The position numbers and the translations under genes are program-made. Shown piece after piece: positions 18,385 through 28,502 of a DNA stretch of 64,000 nucleotides. This stretch comes from an uncultured Verrucomicrobiae bacterium. Lineage in GTDB: Bacteria > Verrucomicrobiota > Verrucomicrobiia > Chthoniobacterales > JAATET01. Where the stretch lies: contig CAVRCI010000005.1 in NCBI GenBank assembly GCA_963719495.1, positions 160,001 through 224,000 on the forward strand, read 5' to 3'. The notes under the pieces are model-generated. The model worked only from the letters and a program-made list of their open reading frames with translations. It had not been told where the DNA came from and did no database searches. How positions within the stretch are numbered: position 1 is the first letter of the stretch; the number at the start of each line of letters is the position of its first letter.

Positions 18385-19440
18385 CTACCCCCGCATCCCC
18401 GGCAAAATCGCCGGCAAAATCTCATCCAACTCATCCACCACCACAAAATCCCCCGGCTTGCTCATCGTCCGAATCATCGCAATCACCGAATCCCAAAACG
18501 CCACCCCCTCCGCGTTCTTTCGGTTGAAAACCACCACCGGCTTCCCCTCCATCAGCGCGTTCCCCTGATGCTTGAAGATCATCAAAGCCAGCAGCTCCTG
18601 CACCGTCCCCGCCCCGCCCGGGAAGATCACGAACGCGTCCGAATTTTCGATCATCACCTCCATCCGGGTGTAAATGTCCGGCCGCAGCCAGAAGCACGAC
18701 AGCCCGTCCGGAAGCCCTTCCAGCCGAATGATGTGCGGCACGTTCGAACCCGCCGTCCAGCCCCCCGCCTTCACCGCCCCCCGCACCACCGCGCCCATGA
18801 TCCCCGACCGCCCTGCCCCGGAAACGCAACCAATCTTGTTCTCAGCTAAAATCCGACCCAATGCCTCACCGTCGGCCAAATAATTCGGCTCATCCAAGGA
18901 AGCCGAACAGAACACGCAGGCGCTCCCGATGTAGTCCGCGGGAATTGGCGTCTCCATGATCGTCACCTCGGCGTCCTCGAATTTGTGCCGCCCCGCCTCC
19001 GGATGCCCGGTCATCCGAATGAGATCCAGCTGCTCGAGCACCGCTTCCGCCGAGTCGACCATGTGCAGATACAGGTCATACTCCTGCTGCACGGTCCCCA
19101 TCGCTTTCAGATGCGCCAGCACGTCAAAGAGCGAATCCCACGACCCGTCTTCGTTGAGAATCACCGTCGGCTTGCCAGCCAAATTCTGATCCAGCGTTTG
19201 AAACCCCACGAAGATCGAGATCGCCTTGAACATGTCCTCGAGCGTCGCCCCCGGAGTGAACACGAACGCGTCCGACTCGATGATCTTCTTCTCGATGTTC
19301 GCCAGCGATATCCGCTGATCCCCATTCGAATTGTAAATGTCCCACCCCTTCGCAAACAGGAGGTAAAGCAGGCGGGCGCGGGAAGCCCGGTTTGGGTCAT
19401 CCGCACCCGTCACCGTCCCGGAGAGTCTAATTTTTGGCAT
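18385..19440 (-). CDS. LOG/SLOG family protein (nucleotide phosphoribohydrolase-like), duplicated architecture
   Basis: CVFCSAS, SGAGRSGIMGAV, FPGGAGTVQEL; N-terminal half repeats SDAFVF..PG...KPTVILN. Confidence 0.85.
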   Translation of the reverse strand: MPKIRLSGTVTGADDPNRASRARLLYLLFAKGWDIYNSNGDQRISLANIEKKIIESDAFVFTPGATLEDMFKAISIFVGFQTLDQNLAGKPTVILNEDGSWDSLFDVLAHLKAMGTVQQEYDLYLHMVDSAEAVLEQLDLIRMTGHPEAGRHKFEDAEVTIMETPIPADYIGSACVFCSASLDEPNYLADGEALGRILAENKIGCVSGAGRSGIMGAVVRGAVKAGGWTAGSNVPHIIRLEGLPDGLSCFWLRPDIYTRMEVMIENSDAFVIFPGGAGTVQELLALMIFKHQGNALMEGKPVVVFNRKNAEGVAFWDSVIAMIRTMSKPGDFVVVDELDEILPAILPGMRG

Positions 19441-19637
19441 ACGTCTTATGAAGTCAGCGTCACGGTGGAGCAGCTATCACGCCGAAATCAGCGCACCGGG
19501 GAAAACAGGGTTGCGTTCGGCGGTCTCCGCTTCGCTCCGGCTCCAGCCTGTCCCGCCGGGCATCCTTGCCCGGCGGCCGCACGCCACGAATCGACCGTTT
19601 TCACAAAACCCACCGCCGCCAACTCGATCCGCGCCCA

Positions 19638-21599
<1,962 letters not shown>

Positions 21600-21710
21600 T
21601 TAAGAATTAAGCCATTCCCACGCCACGGCACGCCACCGAAGGGTCCGGAAAAAGCCCGGGGAGCCCATCCCCACTTAAAACTTAATTCTTAAGTCTTAAA
21701 ACTTCACCCG

Positions 21711-21800
21711 TCCTCCCTTCGCCGGCATGACCCGGATCAGGTTCAAAGGGTCGTCGGAAATCAGGTCCCAACCTCTCAGCCACATGCGGCTCCCCCGTTT
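21711..21800 (-). ncRNA. TPP riboswitch
   Basis: Minus strand GGGGAGCC...GGCTGAGA...CCCTTTGAACCTGATCCGGGTCATGCCGGCGAAGGGAG, upstream of thiC. Confidence 0.95.
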
Positions 21801-21806
21801 CCGTTG

Positions 21807-21834
21807 AAAATAGGCGTGACGCCCCCCGCGTCAA
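21807..21834 (-). promoter_or_regulatory. Candidate sigma-70 promoter for the riboswitch-thiC transcript
   Basis: TTGACG-N16-TATTTT immediately 5' of the aptamer. Confidence 0.5.
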
Positions 21835-21860
21835 TCGTCGACTTTTTGCAACCTCACCCC

Positions 21861-21888
21861 AATCCGAAATCCGAAATCCGAAATCCGC
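21861..21888 (+). repeat. Heptamer tract AATCCG(A/C) x4 at the 5' end of the GT9 gene
   Basis: Read directly. Confidence 0.9.
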
Positions 21889-21922
21889 AATTCTAGTCGT
21901 TTGCCACAAGCAGCTCGGCGAC

Positions 21923-22852
21923 ATGGTTCTGCTCGAACCCGCCCTCGCCCGGCTCGCCAGCGCGTCCGGTCGTCCCGTCGAACTCCTCACCCGCAGCGGC
22001 CACGCTCCGCTGATCTCGCTCATGGAGGGCGTCCGCACGACCTCCCGCGCCTGGCTCCGCCGCTTCGACGCGGTCTACTGCTACGACCACCTCGACAAAT
22101 CCGCCCTTCACGCGATCTCTGCCTTCGCCCCAAAAAAGAATCTCCTCCTCCGCTCGCCCGCCGAAATCACCAAGCTCCACCGCATCGCCTTCGACGAAAT
22201 CCGCGCCCCCGGCATTGGCGATAAATTCCTCTCCGACTACAACTGGACCTACACCCCCGCCGACACCCCAGCCCCCTATCGCCTCCCCCGTCTCAACCTT
22301 CCACCCGACGCTTGGGCCCCGCCCGACGCCCCCCACGGCGACTACCTCGTCCTCAACTCCACCGCCGGCTGGAAGAGCAAACGCTGGAAGTCCTCCGCCT
22401 GGGCCGAAGTCCTCCAGCACCTCCTCGACCAGGGCGTTCCCCGCATCCTCGTCACCAGCGGCGGCCAGGATTGGCAAATCGAGCACGCCCGCCGCATCAC
22501 CGAGACCGTCGCCGACCCCCGCGTCACCGGACTCGGCGGCCAAACGAAGCTCGGGGAATTCCTCCACCTCGTTTCGCGCGCCAAAATGATCCTCGGCGTC
22601 GACGGAGCCGCCTCCCACCTGGCCAACGCCTTCGGCGGCCGCAGCCTCACCCTCTTCTTCCGCACCAACCCCCACAACTGGCACCACCCCACCCCCACCA
22701 GCCAAGCCATCCTCGCCGACCACGACGAAGAAACCGACAGTTACGAAATCAACCCGGAAGAAGTCACCAAAGCCGCCACCCAACTCTGGAAAGCCACCAA
22801 CCAAGCGCCGAAGGCATCCACCCCGGAGGGCGAGGCTCCCGCCGAGCCGTGA
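21923..22852 (+). CDS. GT9 (heptosyltransferase-like) glycosyltransferase; true start uncertain
   Basis: KSKRW, GGQTKLGEF, GVDGAASHLA; N-terminal ILVVCHKQLGD lies upstream of the first in-frame ATG. Confidence 0.85.
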   Translation: MVLLEPALARLASASGRPVELLTRSGHAPLISLMEGVRTTSRAWLRRFDAVYCYDHLDKSALHAISAFAPKKNLLLRSPAEITKLHRIAFDEIRAPGIGDKFLSDYNWTYTPADTPAPYRLPRLNLPPDAWAPPDAPHGDYLVLNSTAGWKSKRWKSSAWAEVLQHLLDQGVPRILVTSGGQDWQIEHARRITETVADPRVTGLGGQTKLGEFLHLVSRAKMILGVDGAASHLANAFGGRSLTLFFRTNPHNWHHPTPTSQAILADHDEETDSYEINPEEVTKAATQLWKATNQAPKASTPEGEAPAEP

Positions 22853-22880
22853 CTCCCCACCCCAGACTTCCGCAAAACCG

Positions 22881-23621
22881 CTAATCGCCCGAAGAAGCAA
22901 CCACCCCATCGTCGACGTAGATCTCCCGGTTACTCGCCTGAAACTCCGCCTTGAGCTGCACCTTCAGGGCCGACAAATCCACGAGTTCCCAGTCCACCAA
23001 CCGAAACTTCGACCCACTCTCGCCGTTGTGCGCAAACCCAACGAGCAGATGCACCGCATCCTCCCGCACCTTGCTCGTAGCCGACCGCGGCTCGAAGTAA
23101 AACGTCCGCAATGAGCTGTCCCGGCTCCCGTCCCTAAATAATTTCGGATCGAGGTAAAACGTCCGCCCATCCGGCGAGACGAGCCGCAAATCCGGATACC
23201 CCGACCGCTGCTCCTTCCCCTCCTCCGTCGTCGGCACCTCACACGTCCAGCCGTCCACCGCCCCGATCACCTCCCGCAGCTCATCCTCCACGTAGCGGCT
23301 CGCCTCGTTCACCCGCCCAACCTCGTGAATTGGGTGACTCTCGTGGTTCAAGCGCTTCACCGTCTCGTCGATCGCCGCCCCCAGCTCCTCCAACACCTCC
23401 CCATCCCGCGCCGCATCGACCGGCACAATCCGATGCCCCGTCGTCGCCGCAATCACGTCCCCAAACGGAATCCCCTCCAACCCGTCCCGGTTATCCAACA
23501 ACCAAGGAATCAAAGCCTCCACATCCCCCGCCATCGGCTTCGGTCGAGAACAACCCACTAAAAAGACCCCAATCAGCCCAACGAGAATCAACCTTTCCCA
23601 TCCCCCCAGATCCGCGTCCAT
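22881..23621 (-). CDS. Putative lipoprotein with PD-(D/E)XK-like motif
   Basis: Lipobox-like VFLVGC; GYPDLRL...FYLDPK. Confidence 0.65.
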   Translation of the reverse strand: MDADLGGWERLILVGLIGVFLVGCSRPKPMAGDVEALIPWLLDNRDGLEGIPFGDVIAATTGHRIVPVDAARDGEVLEELGAAIDETVKRLNHESHPIHEVGRVNEASRYVEDELREVIGAVDGWTCEVPTTEEGKEQRSGYPDLRLVSPDGRTFYLDPKLFRDGSRDSSLRTFYFEPRSATSKVREDAVHLLVGFAHNGESGSKFRLVDWELVDLSALKVQLKAEFQASNREIYVDDGVVASSGD

Positions 23622-23722
23622 CCGCGTCCATTTGCTTCGCTCCACTCTCCCCTTCGGCACTGTCTTCGACAGGCTGCCTCGCTCCGCTCGGCTGTGGTTT
23701 TGTATCAATCGTATGAACCGCA

Positions 23723-24955
23723 TCATCCGAGTTCCAGAGCCCGACGAACCGCCGCCACCGCCCCATCCGCATCCTCCGTGGTCCGCGCATGCACCCGCAT
23801 CACCCGGTCGCCCACCTCGACCCGGTCACCCACCTTCGCGATCTCGCTGAACCCCACCGCAAAATCCACGTCATCACCCGCGGTCCGCCGCCCCGCCCCC
23901 AGCCGCACGCTCGCCCGCCCGACTTCACCCGCGTCCAACCGCCGAATCGTTCCCGCCGTATCCGCCAGCACGTCCCGAATCTCCGGTGCCGCGTGCACCT
24001 CGTCCATCCGCGTGAGCGCCGAGGCGTCGCCGCCCTGCGCCTCGACCAGCTCCACAAATTTCTCCCAAGCCGCCCCCGAAGCCAGCAACCCCGCCAGTTC
24101 CTCCCGTGAGCTTTGCGAAACTTTTGCCGCCAGATCCAAAGTCAGCGCCACGAGATCCTCCGCCCCCCCGCCGCGCAACACCTCGACCGACTCCGCCACC
24201 TCCAGCGCGTTCCCCACCGTCCGCCCGAGCGGCTGATCCATCGCCGACAGCAGGAACGAAGTCCGCACCCCATTCGCCTCCGCCGTCGCCCGCAGCGACT
24301 CCGCCAATTCCTCCGCCTCCCCCCGCGTCTTCATGAACGCACCGGACCCAAACTTCACGTCGAGCACCAGCCGGTCCAGCGACTCCGCCAATTTCTTCGA
24401 AAGAATACTCGCCACGATCAGCGCTTGCGAAGGCACCGTCCCCGTCACGTCCCGCAGCGCGTAAAGCCGCTTGTCCGCCGGACAAAAGCCCCCCGTTTGT
24501 CCCGCCATGAACACCCCGATCCGCTCCAACTGCGCCATCGCCGCCGCCTCCGACAAATTCACGTCAAACCCCGGGATCGACTCCAATTTATCCAAAGTTC
24601 CCCCCGTAATCCCCAGCCCCCGACCCGACACCATCGGCACCCACACCCCGTCGCAAGCCAGCAGCGGAGCCAGAATCAACGACACTTTGTCGCCGATCCC
24701 ACCCGTTGAATGCTTATCAACGATCGGCGGCGCACCCGACGGGTAGGAAAAAACGCTCCCGCTGTCCCGCATGGCTGCCGTCAACGCCGCCGTCTCGCCC
24801 GTGGTCATTCCCCGGAAAAAAACCGCCATCGCGAGCGCGCTCATCTGATAGTCCGGCACCTCGTTCCGCGTGAACGCGGCGATCAGCTCGGCGATTTCCG
24901 CCCCCGTCAGTTCTTCACCATCTCGTTTGCGCTCGATCAGCTGGGGCACGTGCAT
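23723..24955 (-). CDS. deoA: Thymidine/pyrimidine-nucleoside phosphorylase
   Basis: DKHSTGGIGDK, SGRGLGITGGTLDKLE, LDVKFGSGAFM. Confidence 0.95.
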   Translation of the reverse strand: MHVPQLIERKRDGEELTGAEIAELIAAFTRNEVPDYQMSALAMAVFFRGMTTGETAALTAAMRDSGSVFSYPSGAPPIVDKHSTGGIGDKVSLILAPLLACDGVWVPMVSGRGLGITGGTLDKLESIPGFDVNLSEAAAMAQLERIGVFMAGQTGGFCPADKRLYALRDVTGTVPSQALIVASILSKKLAESLDRLVLDVKFGSGAFMKTRGEAEELAESLRATAEANGVRTSFLLSAMDQPLGRTVGNALEVAESVEVLRGGGAEDLVALTLDLAAKVSQSSREELAGLLASGAAWEKFVELVEAQGGDASALTRMDEVHAAPEIRDVLADTAGTIRRLDAGEVGRASVRLGAGRRTAGDDVDFAVGFSEIAKVGDRVEVGDRVMRVHARTTEDADGAVAAVRRALELG

Positions 24956-24980
24956 CGCCCAACCCTGCCGCCCCTGGCGC

Positions 24981-25011
24981 AAAAAGAAAAGCACCCGCCG
25001 AAACGGGTGCT
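24981..25011 (-). terminator. Intrinsic terminator after rpmA
   Basis: GCACCCG/CGGGTGC stem followed by a T-tract on the minus strand. Confidence 0.75.
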
Positions 25012-25108
25012 CTTCCTGAACAAAACAACCCGCTGAACGGGCTGTAAAATCGTGGCATCGGCTTCCAGCCGATCACCAACTCAAACGCGAAGCGCCTAAT
25101 CGAGAAAC

Positions 25109-25369
25109 CTAACCCGCCACAGCCTCGGCCAACTCGACGTTCACGCGGCGACCCGCACGGTCGAACTTAACGCGCCCATCGACGAGCGACCAGATCGTGT
25201 AATCGCGGCCCAAGCCGACGTTCGCGCCCGGCAGGAACTTCGTCCCACGCTGACGGATGATGATGTTGCCCGGCCCGACGACCTCGCCGCCGAATTTCTT
25301 CACGCCCAACCGCTTGCTGCGGCTGTCGCGGCCATTCTTGACGCTTCCCTGTCCCTTCTTATGTGCCAT
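25109..25369 (-). CDS. rpmA: 50S ribosomal protein L27
   Basis: [24 protein letters not shown]. Confidence 0.99.
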   Translation of the reverse strand: MAHKKGQGSVKNGRDSRSKRLGVKKFGGEVVGPGNIIIRQRGTKFLPGANVGLGRDYTIWSLVDGRVKFDRAGRRVNVELAEAVAG

Positions 25370-25381
25370 GAGTCGAGTTGG

Positions 25382-25705
25382 TTATTTGTCGGACTTGGTC
25401 GTCAACGACGTGATCTTGAGTTTCGTGAGGCGGCGGCGATGGCCGACCGTCCGGTGGTAGCCCTTGCGGCGCTTGTATTTGAAGGCCACGACCTTCTCAC
25501 CTTTGAATTGATCGACGACCTCGGCGGTGACCTTGGGTCCGTCGAGCAGCGGCGAACCGAGCTGCACGTCGTCGCCATCGGCGAACATGAGAACGTCAAA
25601 GTCGATGGAAGACCCGGCGTCGACGTCGAGTTTCTCCACGTCGATCGTGTCCCCTTCCGCGACCCGGTATTGCTTACCGCCCGTTTTGATAATTGCGTAT
25701 GCCAT
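25382..25705 (-). CDS. rplU: 50S ribosomal protein L21
   Basis: [15 protein letters not shown]...KYKRRKGY...GHR. Confidence 0.99.
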   Translation of the reverse strand: MAYAIIKTGGKQYRVAEGDTIDVEKLDVDAGSSIDFDVLMFADGDDVQLGSPLLDGPKVTAEVVDQFKGEKVVAFKYKRRKGYHRTVGHRRRLTKLKITSLTTKSDK

Positions 25706-25834
25706 ATAGAATCCTGCGCCTTCGCGAGCCGGGGAAGATGTCACCGGTCGGCGGGCGAGACAAGGTATAAAAATATTTTTCTGACTTGCCACGCCGCACC
25801 ACCGCTGACACCTTCCACCTCCCATCGCGGAAAT

Positions 25835-25918
25835 GCTCGGGTGGTGAAATGGCAGACACGTACGTTTGAGGGGCGTATGCCGCAAGGCATGGGGGTTCAA
25901 GTCCCCCCCCGAGCACCA
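25835..25918 (+). tRNA. tRNA-Leu(GAG)
   Basis: GCTCGGGTGGTGAAATGGCAGACACG...TT-GAG-GG...GGTTCAAGTCCC...CCGAGCACCA. Confidence 0.97.
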
Positions 25919-25930
25919 TCCGAAAAAAGC

Positions 25931-26021
25931 GCGAGCTTCCAGGGGACCGCGAGCTTCCAGGGGACCGCGAGCTTCCAGGGGACCGCGAGCTTCCAGCTCG
26001 CAGTGTCGAGCTTCCAGCTCG
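25931..26021 (+). repeat. 18-bp tandem repeat x3 plus two GAGCTTCCAGCTC REP-like hairpins
   Basis: GCGAGCTTCCAGGGGACC at 25931, 25949 and 25967; then GCGAGCTTCCAGCTCGC. Confidence 0.9.
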
Positions 26022-26104
26022 GCACCCGTATCTAAAACGCGAAGCGTCAAACACCCCACCCTTGACGCCCCAGCCCACCACAAGTTAAGAACCACTCAAT
26101 CTCT

Positions 26105-26233
26105 ATGAGCCACTCACCCAAATCCACAATCCCCACCGCACTGGTCAACCGGTTCGTCGCGTGGTGCCTGGATTCCGTGAACCTCCGTCCGATGGTCATC
26201 GTCAGCCCAGGAGGCCCGACCGCGAGCAGCTGA
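26105..26233 (+). CDS. Candidate 42-aa leader peptide
   Basis: ATG...TGA ORF MSHSPKSTIPTALVNRFVAWCLDSVNLRPMVIVSPGGPTASS ending 28 nt before a terminator. Confidence 0.45.
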   Translation: MSHSPKSTIPTALVNRFVAWCLDSVNLRPMVIVSPGGPTASS

Positions 26234-26260
26234 TTTCCGAAAGCAAAAAGCCCCCTTTCC

Positions 26261-26300
26261 GAAAAGCCCCGCTCGCCAACCGCGAGCGGGGTTTTTCGTT
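26261..26300 (+). terminator. Intrinsic terminator/attenuator upstream of the nucleotidyltransferase-rtcB pair
   Basis: GAAAAGCCCCGCTCGC-CAACC-GCGAGCGGGGTTTTTCGTT. Confidence 0.85.
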
Positions 26301-26353
26301 TGGCACCTTTCACCACCCGCCACAAGTCACCCGCCACTCACTCATCACCAACC

Positions 26354-27124
26354 ATGAAAAACCACGAAGCCATCCTCTCCGCCCTCGCCCGCATCGAACG
26401 GGCGCACGGCGTTCGCGTGCTCCTCGCCGTCGAATCCGGCAGCCGGGCTTGGGGCTTCGCGTCCCGTGACAGCGACTTCGACGTCCGCTTCATCTACGCG
26501 CACGCCCCGGAGTGGTATCTGTCCGTCGACGAACACCGCGACGTCATCGAAGTCCCGATCTCCGACGACCTCGACGTCACCGGCTGGGATCTCCGCAAGG
26601 CCCTCAAGCTCCTGCGCAAATCCAACCCCTCGCTCCTCGAGTGGATCAAATCCCCGATCGTCTACCGCGCCGACCCCGCGTTCACGCTCACGTTCGGCCT
26701 GCTCGCGTCCGAGTTCCATTCGCCCGACCGCCTCTTCCGTCACTACCTGCGGATGGCCCGCGGAAACTTCAAGGATCTGGCGCGCGCCGACGGTGTGCGG
26801 CTGAAAAAATACCTCTACGTCCTCCGCCCGATCCTCGCCTGCCGTTGGATCGAGCGGAGTCTTGGCCCCGTCCCCATGCGCTTCCAAACCCTCGCCGACA
26901 CCCTCCTCGACGACGCGAACCTGCGTTTCCACGTCGCCGTCCTCGTCGCGCGCAAACGCGCCGGCGAAGAGCTCGACCTCGCTCCCCGCATCCCCGCGCT
27001 CCACACCTTCATCGAAAGCGAACTCATCCGGTTGGAGAAAATCGCGCCCGCCGAGCCACCCCAGCCCGACAGCCTCTTCCTCAACCAATTCTTCCAGGAC
27101 TACTGCCTCCCAACCGCCGCGTAA
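26354..27124 (+). CDS. Pol-beta superfamily nucleotidyltransferase (RlaP/YcgL-like)
   Basis: AVESGSRAWGFASRDSDFDVRFIY, GWDLRKAL, NPSLLEW, KKYLYVLRP. Confidence 0.9.
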   Translation: MKNHEAILSALARIERAHGVRVLLAVESGSRAWGFASRDSDFDVRFIYAHAPEWYLSVDEHRDVIEVPISDDLDVTGWDLRKALKLLRKSNPSLLEWIKSPIVYRADPAFTLTFGLLASEFHSPDRLFRHYLRMARGNFKDLARADGVRLKKYLYVLRPILACRWIERSLGPVPMRFQTLADTLLDDANLRFHVAVLVARKRAGEELDLAPRIPALHTFIESELIRLEKIAPAEPPQPDSLFLNQFFQDYCLPTAA

Positions 27125-27129
27125 CCACG

Positions 27130-27165
27130 ACCGATAAAACGTAACGGCCGTTACGTTTTATCGGT
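27130..27165. repeat. Perfect 36-bp spacer-less palindrome
   Basis: ACCGATAAAACGTAACGG|CCGTTACGTTTTATCGGT. Confidence 0.95.
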
Positions 27166-27212
27166 AAGCGCGGGACCCGCCTCACCCGAATCGAGCATTC
27201 CACGACCCTCCG

Positions 27213-28421
27213 ATGACAACCACTTTTCAACCCCTTTCCACGCCCGCCCCCTGGCGACAGTGGGGCCACGACCTCGACGCCAACGCCGTCGAGCAAATGG
27301 CCAACGCCTGCACCCTCCCGGTCGCCGTCGCCGGAGCCCTCATGCCGGACGCCCACCTCGGTTACGGACTCCCCATCGGCGGCGTCCTGGCCACGGAGGA
27401 CGCCGTGATTCCCTACGCCGTCGGCGTCGACATCGCCTGCCGGATGCGGCTCACCGTTTACGATCTCAAGCCCAGCCTGATCGCCGGACAGCGCGACCGC
27501 TTGGCGAAAATCATCGAATCCGAGACCCGCTTCGGCGTCGGCGTCGTGTTCAAGGACCGCCGCGACCACAACGTGATGGACGACCCCGACTGGGAGGCGA
27601 TCCCGCTCACGAAGAGACTCCGCGACAAAGCCTGGGGCCAACTCGGCACGAGCGGCAGCGGCAATCACTTCGTGGAATTCGGCACCTTCACCGTCAACGA
27701 CCCGACCCTCGGCCTCGACACCGACCGGAGCTACGTCGCCCTGCTCACCCACAGCGGCTCCCGCGGCACCGGCGCGCAGATCTGCGCCGAATACAGCAAG
27801 CGCGCCATGGCCCGCCACCCCAACCTGCCGAAAAACCTCAAGCACCTCGCCTGGCTCCCGCTCGACGAAGCCGACGGCGCGGAATACTGGACCGCCATGA
27901 ACCTCATGGGCCGCTACGCCGCCGCCAACCACGCGTGCATCCACCACCACATCGCCCGCGCCCTCGGCGAGAAACCCCTCCTCGACGTCGAAAACCACCA
28001 CAACTTCGCGTGGAAGGAGACCCACACCATCGACGGCCAACCCCGCGAACTCATCGTCCACCGCAAAGGCGCGACCCCGGCGGGCGAAGGCGTCCTCGGC
28101 GTCATCCCCGGCAGCATGACCGCGCCCGGATTCCTCGTCCGAGGCAGAGGCGAACCCACGTCCCTGCGCAGCGCCTCCCACGGCGCCGGCCGCGTCATGA
28201 GCCGCACCCAAGCCAAGCAATCCTTCACTTGGAGCGGGACCAAGAAGATCCTCGCCGACCACGGAGTCGAACTCCTCAGCGCCGGCATCGACGAAGTCCC
28301 TGGAGTCTACAAAGACATCCACCAAGTCATGGCCGCCCAGACCGACTTGGTCGACACCCTGGCCCGCTTCGACCCCAAGCTCGTCAAAATGTGCCCCGCC
28401 GGCGAACGCCCCGAAGACTGA
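27213..28421 (+). CDS. rtcB: RtcB family RNA 3'-phosphate/5'-OH ligase
   Basis: MPDAHLGYG, GVDIAC, SGNHFVE, HSGSRG, HHN, HRKGAT, HGAGR, DEVPGVYK. Confidence 0.97.
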   Translation: MTTTFQPLSTPAPWRQWGHDLDANAVEQMANACTLPVAVAGALMPDAHLGYGLPIGGVLATEDAVIPYAVGVDIACRMRLTVYDLKPSLIAGQRDRLAKIIESETRFGVGVVFKDRRDHNVMDDPDWEAIPLTKRLRDKAWGQLGTSGSGNHFVEFGTFTVNDPTLGLDTDRSYVALLTHSGSRGTGAQICAEYSKRAMARHPNLPKNLKHLAWLPLDEADGAEYWTAMNLMGRYAAANHACIHHHIARALGEKPLLDVENHHNFAWKETHTIDGQPRELIVHRKGATPAGEGVLGVIPGSMTAPGFLVRGRGEPTSLRSASHGAGRVMSRTQAKQSFTWSGTKKILADHGVELLSAGIDEVPGVYKDIHQVMAAQTDLVDTLARFDPKLVKMCPAGERPED

Positions 28422-28426
28422 AATCG

Positions 28427-28472
28427 GGGGAGCGCACGCGTCCCGCGTGCGAGATGCGGCGTCCCGCCGCAT
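28427..28472. repeat. GGGAGCGCAC-type double-hairpin REP-like element (relatives at 30077-30124 and 42103-42150)
   Basis: GCACGCG-TCC-CGCGTGC followed by GATGCGGCG-TCC-CGCCGCATC. Confidence 0.8.
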
Positions 28473-28502
28473 CACCCGGCAATGCGCCAGCGAGCCGAAC
28501 CC

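Noticed and set aside
25931..26021. Possible CRISPR array after the tRNA
   Set aside because: Units are directly tandem with no unique spacers, and no cas genes are present in the window.
26301..26316. TGGCAC as a sigma-54 promoter for rtcB
   Set aside because: No GC at the -12 position (GG-N10-CA), and no rtcR gene nearby.
25835..28500. tRNA-integrated genomic island
   Set aside because: No integrase and no duplicated tRNA 3' end found by eye; codon style matches the neighbouring genes.
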